Positions 1 to 8,984 are shown, counted from the first letter of the stretch. The stretch: DNA of 43,779 nucleotides from Hydrogenophaga sp. (GCA_020047875.1 JAIFNE010000089.1:1-43779), one strand, 5' to 3'. Notes: generated by a model not told the origin, from the letters alone. Numbers and translations are program-made.

Positions 1-217
<217 letters not shown>

Positions 218-383
218 TCAAGGGCACTGGGCCAGCCGACCGGTAAAGCCAGTTCGACGGTGCCCCGCAGCGGGCACAACGCGTGGAATTTGTCTTGCAA
301 TGATTTCGGTGCACCGAAGCGTAGGTGTCTGCGGCGGGTTGGGCAACAGGCATTCTTGCCCGCTGCGCGATGATTCGCCTGCC

Positions 384-400
384 TGTGCGATCATCGCGCA
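384..400. promoter_or_regulatory. PobR/PcaR-type operator palindrome TGTGCGAT-C-ATCGCGCA
   Basis: Near-perfect palindrome in the pobA-regulator intergenic region resembling the PcaR/PobR/PcaU box (TGTTCGATAATCGCACA-like); a weaker copy TGCGCGATGATTCGCCT lies at 364-380. Confidence 0.65.
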
Positions 401-402
401 AT

Positions 403-1185
403 ATGCCATTCACGACACGACCCATCGCCAAGGCTGACTTCATCGAAGGCATGGCCAAAGGCATGGCGGTGCTGGAGAGCTTCGACACCGAACGTCAGCG
501 GCTCAATGCCACGCAGGCGGCCGAGCGCGCCGGCCTTACGCGTGCCGCGGCGCGCCGGCACCTGCTCACGCTGGCACACCTGGGCTACCTGGACACCGAT
601 GGCAGCCACTACTGGCTCTCGCCCAAGGTGTTGCGTTTTTCGGGCAGCTACCTGGCCTCGGCGCGTCTGCCCCGTCTGCTGCAGCCCACCCTGAACCGGC
701 TGGCTGCGCAGACCAGCGGCTCGTTCTCGGCGGTGGTTCGCGATGGCGACGAGGGTGTGATCGTGGCGCGCAGCGGGTCGGCCGGCGGGCAGGGCCCGAT
801 GGCTTACGGCCTGCACCTGGGCGCCCGCCTGCCACTGCACGCGACCTCCACCGGCCGCGTGCTGCTGGCCGCCCTGCCAGAAGCGGCATTCAACGCCTGG
901 ATTGAGGGGCGCGAGTTGCGGCGGCTGACGCCACGCACCGTGGTCGATGCGACCGCACTGCGGGCTGTGATCGAGAGCGTGCGCGCCGTCGATCTGGCGC
1001 TGGCCAGCGAGGAGCATGAGGTGGGCGTGCATGCGCTCGCGGTACCGCTGCGCAACATGCGGGGTGAGACGGTGGCCGCGCTCAACGTGGTGGCCTCACG
1101 GCAGGACCTGTCGCCCACTGCGCTACAACGCGATTTTTTGCCTCAGATGCTGGAGGCCGCGCAAGATCTGCGCCCTTTGCTCTGA
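403..1185 (+). CDS. IclR-family transcriptional regulator, PobR/PcaR type
   Basis: ORF 325..1185, likely start ATG 403 (MPFTTRPIAKADFIEGMAKGMAVLESF). HTH region AERAGLTRAAARRHLLTL; C-terminal LPLHATSTGRVLLA and EEHEVGVHALAVP. Divergent from pobA. Confidence 0.88.
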   Translation: MPFTTRPIAKADFIEGMAKGMAVLESFDTERQRLNATQAAERAGLTRAAARRHLLTLAHLGYLDTDGSHYWLSPKVLRFSGSYLASARLPRLLQPTLNRLAAQTSGSFSAVVRDGDEGVIVARSGSAGGQGPMAYGLHLGARLPLHATSTGRVLLAALPEAAFNAWIEGRELRRLTPRTVVDATALRAVIESVRAVDLALASEEHEVGVHALAVPLRNMRGETVAALNVVASRQDLSPTALQRDFLPQMLEAAQDLRPLL

Positions 1186-1238
1186 TGCGCAGGTGATCGT
1201 GTCCACGACACGATGCCCCGTCCGAATGGATGACTCGC

Positions 1239-1407
1239 CTAGGAGCCTGCGCGGCAGAAGGCGTTGAAAGCGAAAGCTGCCCCCAGCGAGGCCAGTTTTT
1301 GCCGAATTTGCCGCTTCATAGCTCGGCTATGGGGCAAAAAGACGGTGAAAAATGGACCACTGCGGGCGGTTTGCAGCCAACGATTCTTCTGCCGCGCAGG
1401 TTCCTAG
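1239..1407. mobile_element. MITE-like non-autonomous element (1243-1403) with 18-bp terminal inverted repeats, flanked by CTAG
   Basis: CTAG|GAGCCTGCGCGGCAGAAG (1239-1260) ... CTTCTGCCGCGCAGGTTC|CTAG (1386-1407), one mismatch. Central hairpin CATAGC-TCG-GCTATG (1317-1331). No transposase ORF. Confidence 0.7.
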
Positions 1408-1612
1408 CGGTGTTTCAGCAGCCTCTTGCGCCTCCCGATTCAAGATCTGCCGTCGTTCAAAATTGCATTGCCAGCGATGGCTGTGCGATGGCCATGGCGG
1501 GTGACCTTTGGCGCGATGGGATACTTTGAAGGCACCTCCAGCCCAAGGTTGGACCCAATCGAAACTGCGCCCATGACACCAGTTGAAGGAGTGAGCCCGT
1601 GAGTGGACCGTT

Positions 1613-3103
1613 GTGAACCACGCTACCCTCGTCACGCTGCGTGACCGCCACCCCGCCTGGCGGTTGCTGGCCTCGCCGCATGCGCCGCTGGTTGCCAATT
1701 TCCTGCACCGTGTCTTTGTTGCGCCGAATGAGCGCGTTATCAGCGAGGCCGACCTGGCCGAGGCGCTGGAGGATGAGCTTTTTGTCTTGCGCGAGCAGCT
1801 CGGATCCGAGGCCTACCCCAAAGCTGCTGTGGAATACCTCAACGACTGGGCTGCTGCTGACAAGGGCTGGTTGCGAAAGTTCTACAAGCCCGGAACCGAC
1901 GAGGCGCAATTCGACCTGACACCGGCCACCGAGAAAGCCATGGCATGGCTGGTGTCACTCACCGAACGGGCGTTCGTGGGAACCGAGTCGCGCCTGCTGA
2001 CGCTGTTTGCGCTGCTGGAGCAGATCAGCGCTGGCACCGAGATTGACCCCGTCAAACGAGTGGACGACCTGCGCAAGAAGCGTGATGAGCTCGATGTGGA
2101 GATCGCCCGCGTGCTGGCTGGCGATGCACCAGTGCTGGATGACACAGCGGTCAAGGACCGCTTCCAGCAGTTTCAACAGCTCGCCCGAGAACTGCTGTCC
2201 GACTTCCGCGAGGTGGAGCACAACTTTCGCCTGCTCGATCGCAAAGTGCGCGAGAAAATTGCCCTGTGGGAAGGTTCCAAGGGCGCGCTGCTCGACGAGA
2301 TCATGGGCGAGCGCGATGCGATTGGGGACTCGGACCAAGGCCGAAGTTTCCGCGCATTCTGGGACTTTCTCATGTCCAGCAGCCGCCAGGAGGAACTCTC
2401 CGCGCGGCTGGATCAGGTGTTGGCGCTGCCGGTTGTGGCAGCGCTGAAACCCGAGCCGCGTACGCGCCGCGTGCACCACGATTGGCTTGAAGCCGGCGAA
2501 CACACGCAGCGCACCGTGGCTCAGTTGTCGCAGCAGCTGCGCCGGTTTCTGGACGACCGGGCCTTTCTGGAGAATCGGCGCATCCTCGACTTGCTGCACG
2601 GCATTGAGAGCAAGGCGCTGTCCCTGCGGACTGTTCCGCCTACCGTTGGCTTGATGACGATTGACGGGATGGGGGCAGAGCTCGAGCTGCCAATGGAGCG
2701 ACCCCTTTTCACGCTGAGTGTGAAGCCGCGCCTCGCTGATCTGGCGTTGGAGGCTGACCAGGCAGAAGACGACATCAGCACCGCTCGATTGTTCGACCAG
2801 ATCGTTGTGGATAAAGCGCGTCTGCGTGCAACGGTCCGGCGAGCGCTGCGCGCGCAGCCGCAGATTACGCTGCGTGATTTGATCCATGACGAACCACTGC
2901 AACAAGGACTCGCCGAATTGGTGGCCTATCTGGAGTTGGCCCACGCCGGTGATGGCGTTGGCGGTGGTGCCGCGCCAGTGGAAGGCTTGCGCGCTGTTGT
3001 CGACGAAACGGTTGAGGAGCCCATCCGGTGGATGGCGAACAATCCAGAGGGTGAACCGGTGACGCGCGAGGCGCGTCTGCCCCGTGTGATCTTCACGCGA
3101 TGA
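1613..3103 (+). CDS. jetA: Wadjet JetA (DUF3375 family)
   Basis: 496 aa with HPAWRLL, YLNDWAAADKGWLRKFY, FDLTPATEKA, TESRL and SDQGRSFRAFWDFL motifs typical of DUF3375; first gene of the four-gene operon. Confidence 0.9.
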   Translation: MNHATLVTLRDRHPAWRLLASPHAPLVANFLHRVFVAPNERVISEADLAEALEDELFVLREQLGSEAYPKAAVEYLNDWAAADKGWLRKFYKPGTDEAQFDLTPATEKAMAWLVSLTERAFVGTESRLLTLFALLEQISAGTEIDPVKRVDDLRKKRDELDVEIARVLAGDAPVLDDTAVKDRFQQFQQLARELLSDFREVEHNFRLLDRKVREKIALWEGSKGALLDEIMGERDAIGDSDQGRSFRAFWDFLMSSSRQEELSARLDQVLALPVVAALKPEPRTRRVHHDWLEAGEHTQRTVAQLSQQLRRFLDDRAFLENRRILDLLHGIESKALSLRTVPPTVGLMTIDGMGAELELPMERPLFTLSVKPRLADLALEADQAEDDISTARLFDQIVVDKARLRATVRRALRAQPQITLRDLIHDEPLQQGLAELVAYLELAHAGDGVGGGAAPVEGLRAVVDETVEEPIRWMANNPEGEPVTREARLPRVIFTR

Positions 3104-3136
3104 CGCCGGTTGTCGTGGTTTGGAAGGGAGAAGAAC

Positions 3137-3829
3137 ATGAATGAATCGCTAAACGAGAGTCCGTCAGCGGACGCTCAGCCGGCTGCTTTGCCGGTTGTGC
3201 CCGAGTTGACGCAGCTGATGGTGCACCTGCTCAAGGGCGTGCTCTACCGTGAGGATGATGAGCGTTTGTGGACGAGCCTCCTTCGTTTGCAGGCGCGGGT
3301 GCGGGAGCAAGCGGCGGTGCTGCTGCTCGACCTGGTGTTGGATGAAGCCGAGGGCTACGCGTTCCTCAAAGGCCGCCCCGACCCAGACGAGTCCGAGGGC
3401 GCACCACGGCTGCCCCGGCTCGTCGCGCGGCGCCCCCTGGCGTATTCGGTGAGCTTGATGCTGGCCTTGCTGCGAAAGCGCCTGGCGGAGTTCGACGCTG
3501 GAGGGGGTGACACCCGCCTGGTTCTATCGCGCGACGAGATGGCAGAGCTGATGCGTGTGTTCTTGCCAGATGGGACGAACGAGGCTCGGCTCATCGATCA
3601 AGTGGACGCGACCATCACCAAGGTGGTCGATCTGGGTTTTCTGCGTCGGCTCAAACCCGCTGCCGGCAGCGGGCTGGACAGGGGCAACTTCGAAGTGCGG
3701 CGCATTCTGAGGGCCTTTGTCGACGCGCAGTGGCTGGCCGACTTCGACGCACGGTTGGAGGTCTACCGCACGGCACTGGCCGGCCCAGTCCCTGGCAAGC
3801 CCCTTGCCGAAAGGGCGGCAGATGCTTGA
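3137..3829 (+). CDS. jetB: Wadjet JetB (DUF4194 family)
   Basis: LLKGVLYR, LDEAEGYAFL, LVARRPL, SLMLALLRKRLAEFD and EVRRILRAFVDAQWL motifs. ATG 3137 follows a purine-rich SD (GGAAGGGAG). Confidence 0.88.
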   Translation: MNESLNESPSADAQPAALPVVPELTQLMVHLLKGVLYREDDERLWTSLLRLQARVREQAAVLLLDLVLDEAEGYAFLKGRPDPDESEGAPRLPRLVARRPLAYSVSLMLALLRKRLAEFDAGGGDTRLVLSRDEMAELMRVFLPDGTNEARLIDQVDATITKVVDLGFLRRLKPAAGSGLDRGNFEVRRILRAFVDAQWLADFDARLEVYRTALAGPVPGKPLAERAADA

Positions 3830-6800
3830 GTCACCCTCGCTGTCACTGGATTTTGTGGATGACAACACCCGGGTAGGGTTTCGCTTGCATCAGCTGGAGG
3901 TGCTCAACTGGGGTACCTTTGACAAGCGGGTGTGGCGTTACAACCTCGAAGGTCGCAATGGCCTGCTCACTGGCGATATTGGTTCGGGCAAGTCCACGTT
4001 GGTCGACGCCATCACCACGTTGCTTGTGCCCGCGCACCGCGTGGCCTACAACAAGGCCGCTGGAGCAGATGCCCGCGAGCGCAGCCTGCGCTCGTACGTG
4101 CTCGGTCATTACAAGAGCGAGCGCAACGAGGTCACCGGCAGTGCCCGACCCGTGGCGCTGCGTGATGCGTCGAGCTATTCGGTCATCCTGGGCGTCTTCC
4201 GCAATGAGGGTTATGACCAGGCCGTGACCCTGGCCCAGGTTTTCTGGATGAAGGACGCTCAAGGCCAACCCGCTCGCTTGTTTGTGGCGACCGAGCGCCC
4301 GATGAGCATTGCTGAGGACTTCGCCCACTTCGGCGCCGATATCACCGCCTTGCGCAAGAAGCTGCGCGCCTCGGGCTGTGAGTTGTTCGACAGCTTCCCG
4401 CCTTACTGCGCCTGGTTTCGTCGTCGTTTCGGTATCGAGCACGAGCAGGCACTGGAGTTGTTTCACCAGACCGTCTCGATGAAATCGGTGGGCAACCTGA
4501 CCGACTTTGTGCGCAGCCACATGCTGGAGCCGTTTGATGTGGGCAGCCGCATCGAGGCCTTGATCCGCCACTTTGACGATCTGGACCGCGCCCATCAGGC
4601 GGTGCTCAAGGCCAAGCGTCAGGTTGAGTTGCTCGCTCCCCTGGTCGAAGATGGATGTCGCCACCATGCACTGGTCGCAGAGATCCAGGGCTGGCGCGAC
4701 GGGCGCGACGCGCTGCAGCCCTATTTCGCTGCCCTCAAAGGCGAGCTGCTGGACCGGCGGCTGGCGCTGCTGGCAGACGATGCCTCCCGGCTTGATGCCC
4801 AGCTCGAACGTTGGGGCATCCAGCGCGAATCCGAGCGACGGGAGATTGCGAAGCTTGAGCGTGACCTGCGTGAGAACGGTGGTAACCGGCTGGAGGAACT
4901 GGCTGCCGAGATTCGCCGCCTGGAGCACGAAAAGGCCCAGCGCCAGCAGAAGGCCGATCGCTACAGCACCTTGCTTGCCCGCATGGACGAGACCTCGCCA
5001 TCCGATGAGGCGATGTTCCTCGCCCAGCAACAAACCATTGCTGCTCGCGCGGAAGGCTTGCGCGAACGGATTGCAGACTTGGACAACCGTGAGAGCGAGG
5101 AGGATTTTGCGTTTCGCAAGGGACGTGAGGAACACACGGCCTTGTCCGAAGAGATCGACAGCCTCCAGCGGCGCAGGAGCAACATTGATGCTGCCCAGGT
5201 TCGCATCCGTGATGCGCTGTGCGCAGCGCTTTCGATTGACGAAGGCGACCTGCCATTCGCGGGTGAACTCATCCAGGTGCGTGAGGATGAGCGCGAGTGG
5301 GAGGGCGCAGCAGAGCGGCTGCTGCGAGGCTTCGGCGTTGCGTTGCTGGTCCCGGACGCGCACTACCAAGCCGTCGCGCAATGGGTAGACAGACAGCATC
5401 TGGGCGCGCGTCTGGTGTATTTCCATGTGCGGCCGAAGAAGCCCGGACAGGGCACCGGCCTTCATCCGCAGTCGCTGGTAAGAAAGCTCGTCGTCAAGCC
5501 CGATTCGCCGCACCACGACTGGCTGGAACAGGAGCTTCGCAACCGCTTTGACGTGGCCTGTTGCGAGACGGGAGAGCAGTTTCACCGCGAAACCCGTGCC
5601 ATCACGCGTTCCGGGCAGATCAAGGATCCATCGGGCCGCCATGAGAAGGACGACCGCAGCCGCATCGACGACCGCAGCCGCTACGTGCTGGGCTGGAGCA
5701 ACGCCGACAAGCTGCGCACGCTGCGTGACCAGCGCGAGCGCCTGGAAGAGAAGTTGGCCAAGCTGGGCCACCTCATCGGTGAGATTCGAGATGCACGCTC
5801 GGAGCTGAAGGGCAGGCTGGAGACGCTGGCCCGCCTGGAGGAGTTCTCGCGCTTCGCCGACATCGACTGGATGAGCCTGGCGCGCAAGATCGCGTCTCTC
5901 TCAGAGGAGCGCGTGCGACTGGAATCTGCATCCGACACCCTACAGGAGCTGGGACGGCAGTTGAAGGAGGTGCAGGACCGATTGTGCGAAACCGAGGCCA
6001 GGTACGGTGAGGCGTTGGGCAAGCGCGGCGAGGTCAGGGCCAAGCACACGGCGGCCGAAGATCTGCGGACTGAGGCCAGCGCAGTCTGTGACGGCATGCC
6101 TCTGGATGCCGCCCAGGTTGCCCGATTGAACGACTGGCGCGTGCAGGCACTCGGCGAGCATCAACTCTCGGTGGAGTCCAGCGACAACCGAGAGCAGGAC
6201 ATGCGCCGATGGCTGCAAGAGCGCATCGACGCGGAGGGCAAGCGCCTGGCCCGCCTGACCGAGCGCATTGTGAACGCCATGCGCGGCTTCAAGGAGGAGT
6301 TCAAGGCAGAAACCGTGGAGCTGGATGTCAGCCTGGCAGCCCTGATCGAGTACGAGAGGATGCTCGATGGTTTGAAGAGCGATGACCTGCCGCGGTTTGA
6401 AGCCCGCTTCAAGGAGCTCCTCAATGTCAACACCATCAATGAAATCGCGAACTTCAACGCCCAGCTCGCCCGCGAGCGTGAGACGATCAAGGAGCGCGTG
6501 GACCTGATCAATCGATCGCTTCAGGTGATCGACTACAACCCCGGGCGTTACATCGTGCTGGTGGCACAGCCCAGTCCGGATGCAGAGATCCGTGACTTTC
6601 AGCAGGACCTGCGCGCCTGTACCGAGGGCGCGCTCACGGGGTCATCTGACGAACAGTACTCAGAGGCCAAATTCTTGCAGGTCAAGGGCATCATTGACCG
6701 ATTTCGTGGGCGAGAGGGACTGTCGGATGCCGACCGGCGCTGGACCGCCAAGGTGACTGACGTGCGCAACGGATTCTTGTTTTCTGCGAGTGAGCGTTGG

Positions 6801-7247
6801 CATGCCGATGGTGTAGAGCACGAACACTATTCCGACTCGGGTGGAAAGTCCGGTGGGCAAAAGGAAAAGCTCGCCTACACCGTGCTGGCCGCGAGCCTGG
6901 CCTACCAATTCGGGCTGGAGTGGGGCGCTGTGCGTTCGCGGTCGTTTCGCTTCGTGGTCATCGACGAGGCATTTGGGCGCGGTTCGGACGAGTCGGCGCA
7001 GTACGGACTTCGCTTGTTCCAGCAACTCAACCTGCAGTTGCTGATCGTCACGCCGCTGCAGAAGATCCACATCATCGAACCTTTCGTGGCCAGCGTTGGT
7101 TTCGTCCACAACGAAGGAGGGCGGGATTCCAAGTTGCGCTGTCTGTCGATCGAGGAATATCGCGCGCAAAAGGCGGAACTTCAGGCGGAAAGTCAGCGTG
7201 CAGGAAGCGCTGAGGCAAGGACTGTTGGAGGCGGTGCATCACCATGA
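3822..7247 (+). CDS. jetC: Wadjet JetC, SMC/MukB-like ATPase
   Basis: NWGTF; Walker A GDIGSGKST; long coiled coils; signature KSGGQKEK; Walker B FVVIDEAFG. ATG 3822 overlaps the jetB stop. Confidence 0.92.
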   Translation: MLESPSLSLDFVDDNTRVGFRLHQLEVLNWGTFDKRVWRYNLEGRNGLLTGDIGSGKSTLVDAITTLLVPAHRVAYNKAAGADARERSLRSYVLGHYKSERNEVTGSARPVALRDASSYSVILGVFRNEGYDQAVTLAQVFWMKDAQGQPARLFVATERPMSIAEDFAHFGADITALRKKLRASGCELFDSFPPYCAWFRRRFGIEHEQALELFHQTVSMKSVGNLTDFVRSHMLEPFDVGSRIEALIRHFDDLDRAHQAVLKAKRQVELLAPLVEDGCRHHALVAEIQGWRDGRDALQPYFAALKGELLDRRLALLADDASRLDAQLERWGIQRESERREIAKLERDLRENGGNRLEELAAEIRRLEHEKAQRQQKADRYSTLLARMDETSPSDEAMFLAQQQTIAARAEGLRERIADLDNRESEEDFAFRKGREEHTALSEEIDSLQRRRSNIDAAQVRIRDALCAALSIDEGDLPFAGELIQVREDEREWEGAAERLLRGFGVALLVPDAHYQAVAQWVDRQHLGARLVYFHVRPKKPGQGTGLHPQSLVRKLVVKPDSPHHDWLEQELRNRFDVACCETGEQFHRETRAITRSGQIKDPSGRHEKDDRSRIDDRSRYVLGWSNADKLRTLRDQRERLEEKLAKLGHLIGEIRDARSELKGRLETLARLEEFSRFADIDWMSLARKIASLSEERVRLESASDTLQELGRQLKEVQDRLCETEARYGEALGKRGEVRAKHTAAEDLRTEASAVCDGMPLDAAQVARLNDWRVQALGEHQLSVESSDNREQDMRRWLQERIDAEGKRLARLTERIVNAMRGFKEEFKAETVELDVSLAALIEYERMLDGLKSDDLPRFEARFKELLNVNTINEIANFNAQLARERETIKERVDLINRSLQVIDYNPGRYIVLVAQPSPDAEIRDFQQDLRACTEGALTGSSDEQYSEAKFLQVKGIIDRFRGREGLSDADRRWTAKVTDVRNGFLFSASERWHADGVEHEHYSDSGGKSGGQKEKLAYTVLAASLAYQFGLEWGAVRSRSFRFVVIDEAFGRGSDESAQYGLRLFQQLNLQLLIVTPLQKIHIIEPFVASVGFVHNEGGRDSKLRCLSIEEYRAQKAELQAESQRAGSAEARTVGGGASP

Positions 7248-8422
7248 ACTGGACGAGGACAGCAGACCTTCGCGCCCAGGTTCAGCGCTTCTGGGATCGA
7301 GGAGACTTGCTGCGTGCTTCGGTTTCGAGTTCTCTGATCTGGCCCGTGCGCCTGTCGCTCAAGACCCCCAGCGCCGATGATTTATCTCACCGGTTCGAGG
7401 CTGTTCGGGACTGGTTGCACGCCTTCGTCGCCACCCCGCATGTGCGGATTGAGTGGCGAGATTGGAACCATCGGGTGCAGGGAGCCCAGCGTCTGCCCTC
7501 GGTCGTTTGGGTCGACACACTTCAAGCTGCCTTGGCGATGATCGGAAAAACCAGTCAGGCACAACGCTTCGCGACGATGTGGCAACAGACCGCCACCATG
7601 CAGCCAGCGCTTCTCGATTGGATGTCTCGGCGTCCGCTTCAGGCCCTGGATCTGATCGATCGGTGGGATCGCCTTTTAGCCGTTGTTCATTGGTTGCAAA
7701 CCCATCCCCATCCTGGCGTCTATCTGCGGCAGGTGGATGCGCCGGGGGTGGACAGCAAATTCATCGAGGTTCACCGGGGGGTGTTGATCGAGCTGTTGGA
7801 CCTGGCGCTGCCGCCCGAGATGATCGACAACAGTGCGAGCGGGATATCACAGTTCGCCCGTCGGTTCGGCTTCCTGGAAAAGCCGGTGCGGATTCGTTTC
7901 CGACTGCTCGATCCGAACCTGCCCAGCTTGTCAGGCTGCCAAGGATTGCCGGACATCACGCTGGACGCGTCGAGCTTCGCCGCGCTCGCGCTACCCGTTG
8001 ATCACGTGTTCATCACGGAAAACGAGACCAACTTCCTTGCCTTTCCGCCGGTGGCCAGAGCCATTGTTATCTTTGGTGCGGGTTACGGCTGGGCAGCGTT
8101 GGCGCGCGCGGCCTGGTTGCACCGAAGCCACTTGTACTACTGGGGTGACATCGACACCCATGGCTTTGCCATCCTTCATCAGCTGCGTGGCCACTTCCCC
8201 CATGCATCGTCTTTCCTCATGGACCGCGAGACGCTGCTGGCACATCGTCTCCAGTGGGGCGAGGAGTCCGAGCCTGCGCGCCACGAGTTGTTATGCCTGA
8301 CGGCGCAGGAGGCTGAGGTCTATGACGAGCTGCGCTTCGATCGCATCCAGCCCAGACTGCGGTTGGAGCAGGAGCGCGTCGGATTTGGGTGGTTCGAAGC
8401 ACAACTCAGCAGGTTGTTGTAG
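7244..8422 (+). CDS. jetD: Wadjet JetD, Toprim-fold nuclease (DUF3322 + DUF2220)
   Basis: YLRQVDAPGVDSKFIE, ITENETNF (Toprim Glu), YWGDIDTHGF (DxD) and RLEQERV motifs. ATGA overlap with jetC. Confidence 0.9.
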   Translation: MNWTRTADLRAQVQRFWDRGDLLRASVSSSLIWPVRLSLKTPSADDLSHRFEAVRDWLHAFVATPHVRIEWRDWNHRVQGAQRLPSVVWVDTLQAALAMIGKTSQAQRFATMWQQTATMQPALLDWMSRRPLQALDLIDRWDRLLAVVHWLQTHPHPGVYLRQVDAPGVDSKFIEVHRGVLIELLDLALPPEMIDNSASGISQFARRFGFLEKPVRIRFRLLDPNLPSLSGCQGLPDITLDASSFAALALPVDHVFITENETNFLAFPPVARAIVIFGAGYGWAALARAAWLHRSHLYYWGDIDTHGFAILHQLRGHFPHASSFLMDRETLLAHRLQWGEESEPARHELLCLTAQEAEVYDELRFDRIQPRLRLEQERVGFGWFEAQLSRLL

Positions 8423-8481
8423 GGCCTGGATTTTTGATCACCCCTGATTTGCAGAACAAACCGAGAAGCCTGTAGGGTAGA

Positions 8482-8501
8482 ACAATGGTGGACAATGGTG
8501 G
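8482..8501. repeat. Tandem 10-bp direct repeat ACAATGGTGG x2
   Basis: Read directly from the sequence between jetD and tRNA-Arg. Confidence 0.7.
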
Positions 8502-8633
8502 TCGTTCACGATGGCCGGGTTGCTCTGACTGCTGTTAAACACCGGGGCGGCATTGACCGGCTGACATCAGCGGCTTTCAATCGCCCGCAAGGAGTGGGTC
8601 GCTGAGAAAGATTTTTGATCTAAAAAGAAACTT

Positions 8634-8710
8634 TGGCCTGCCCGGAGGGACTCGAACCCCCGACCTGCTGCTTAGAAGGCAGCTGCTCTATCCGGTTGAG
8701 CTACGGGCAG
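8634..8710 (-). tRNA. tRNA-Arg (anticodon UCU)
   Basis: Reverse complement CTGCCCGTAGCTCAACCGGATAGAGCAGCTGCC-TTCTAA-GCAGCAGGTCGGGGGTTCGAGTCCCTCCGGGCAGGCCA; 77 nt cloverleaf with TTCGA loop and encoded CCA. Confidence 0.96.
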
Positions 8711-8738
8711 ACAGGGTGACGGGTGAACGTCGGATGCG

Positions 8739-8765
8739 AAAAAGGCCCACGCAGTGGGCCTTTTT
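8739..8765. terminator. Bidirectional intrinsic terminator-like hairpin between the two tRNAs
   Basis: AAAAAGGCCCAC-GCA-GTGGGCCTTTTT. Confidence 0.75.
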
Positions 8766-8779
8766 GCTTTTGCTGTGAA

Positions 8780-8856
8780 TGGTCGGAGCGGCGGGATTCG
8801 AACTCGCGACCCTCTGCTCCCAAAGCAGATGCGCTACCAGGCTGCGCTACGCTCCG
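8780..8856 (-). tRNA. tRNA-Pro (anticodon UGG)
   Basis: Reverse complement CGGAGCGTAGCGCAGCCTGGTAGCGCATCTGC-TTTGGGA-GCAGAGGGTCGCGAGTTCGAATCCCGCCGCTCCGACCA; 77 nt. A TACAAT -10-like hexamer lies upstream at 8869-8874. Confidence 0.96.
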
Positions 8857-8984
8857 ACTAAGCAGAGAATTGTACCCGCTGGCGGGTGCGTTTTTGGCCG
8901 ACAGCCTCAAATGTTGTGGTGTGGCGTCGCAGACCGGTTCGACGAGGGTGGCAACCAACCTCGCAGCGCACGATATCGACGGCG

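Noticed and set aside
1186-1612. Searched for an att copy of the tRNA-Arg 3' end and for an integrase remnant left of jetA
   Set aside because: No convincing match seen; ORF 1230..1529 spans the MITE-like element and has no protein-like motifs.
5649-5681. Direct repeat GACGACCGCAGCCGC x2 in jetC
   Set aside because: Encodes DDRSR-I-DDRSR in the hinge region; a coding repeat, not an array.
3843-5771. 642-aa antisense ORF within jetC (similar cases: 28544-30022, 35619-36881, 42088-43458)
   Set aside because: Antisense mirror of a real gene, caused by codon bias; no domain features.
6759-6782. JetC DVRNGF where I recall DVRNWF in homologues
   Set aside because: Based on memory only; the frame and catalytic motifs are intact. 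Needs an alignment before any claim.
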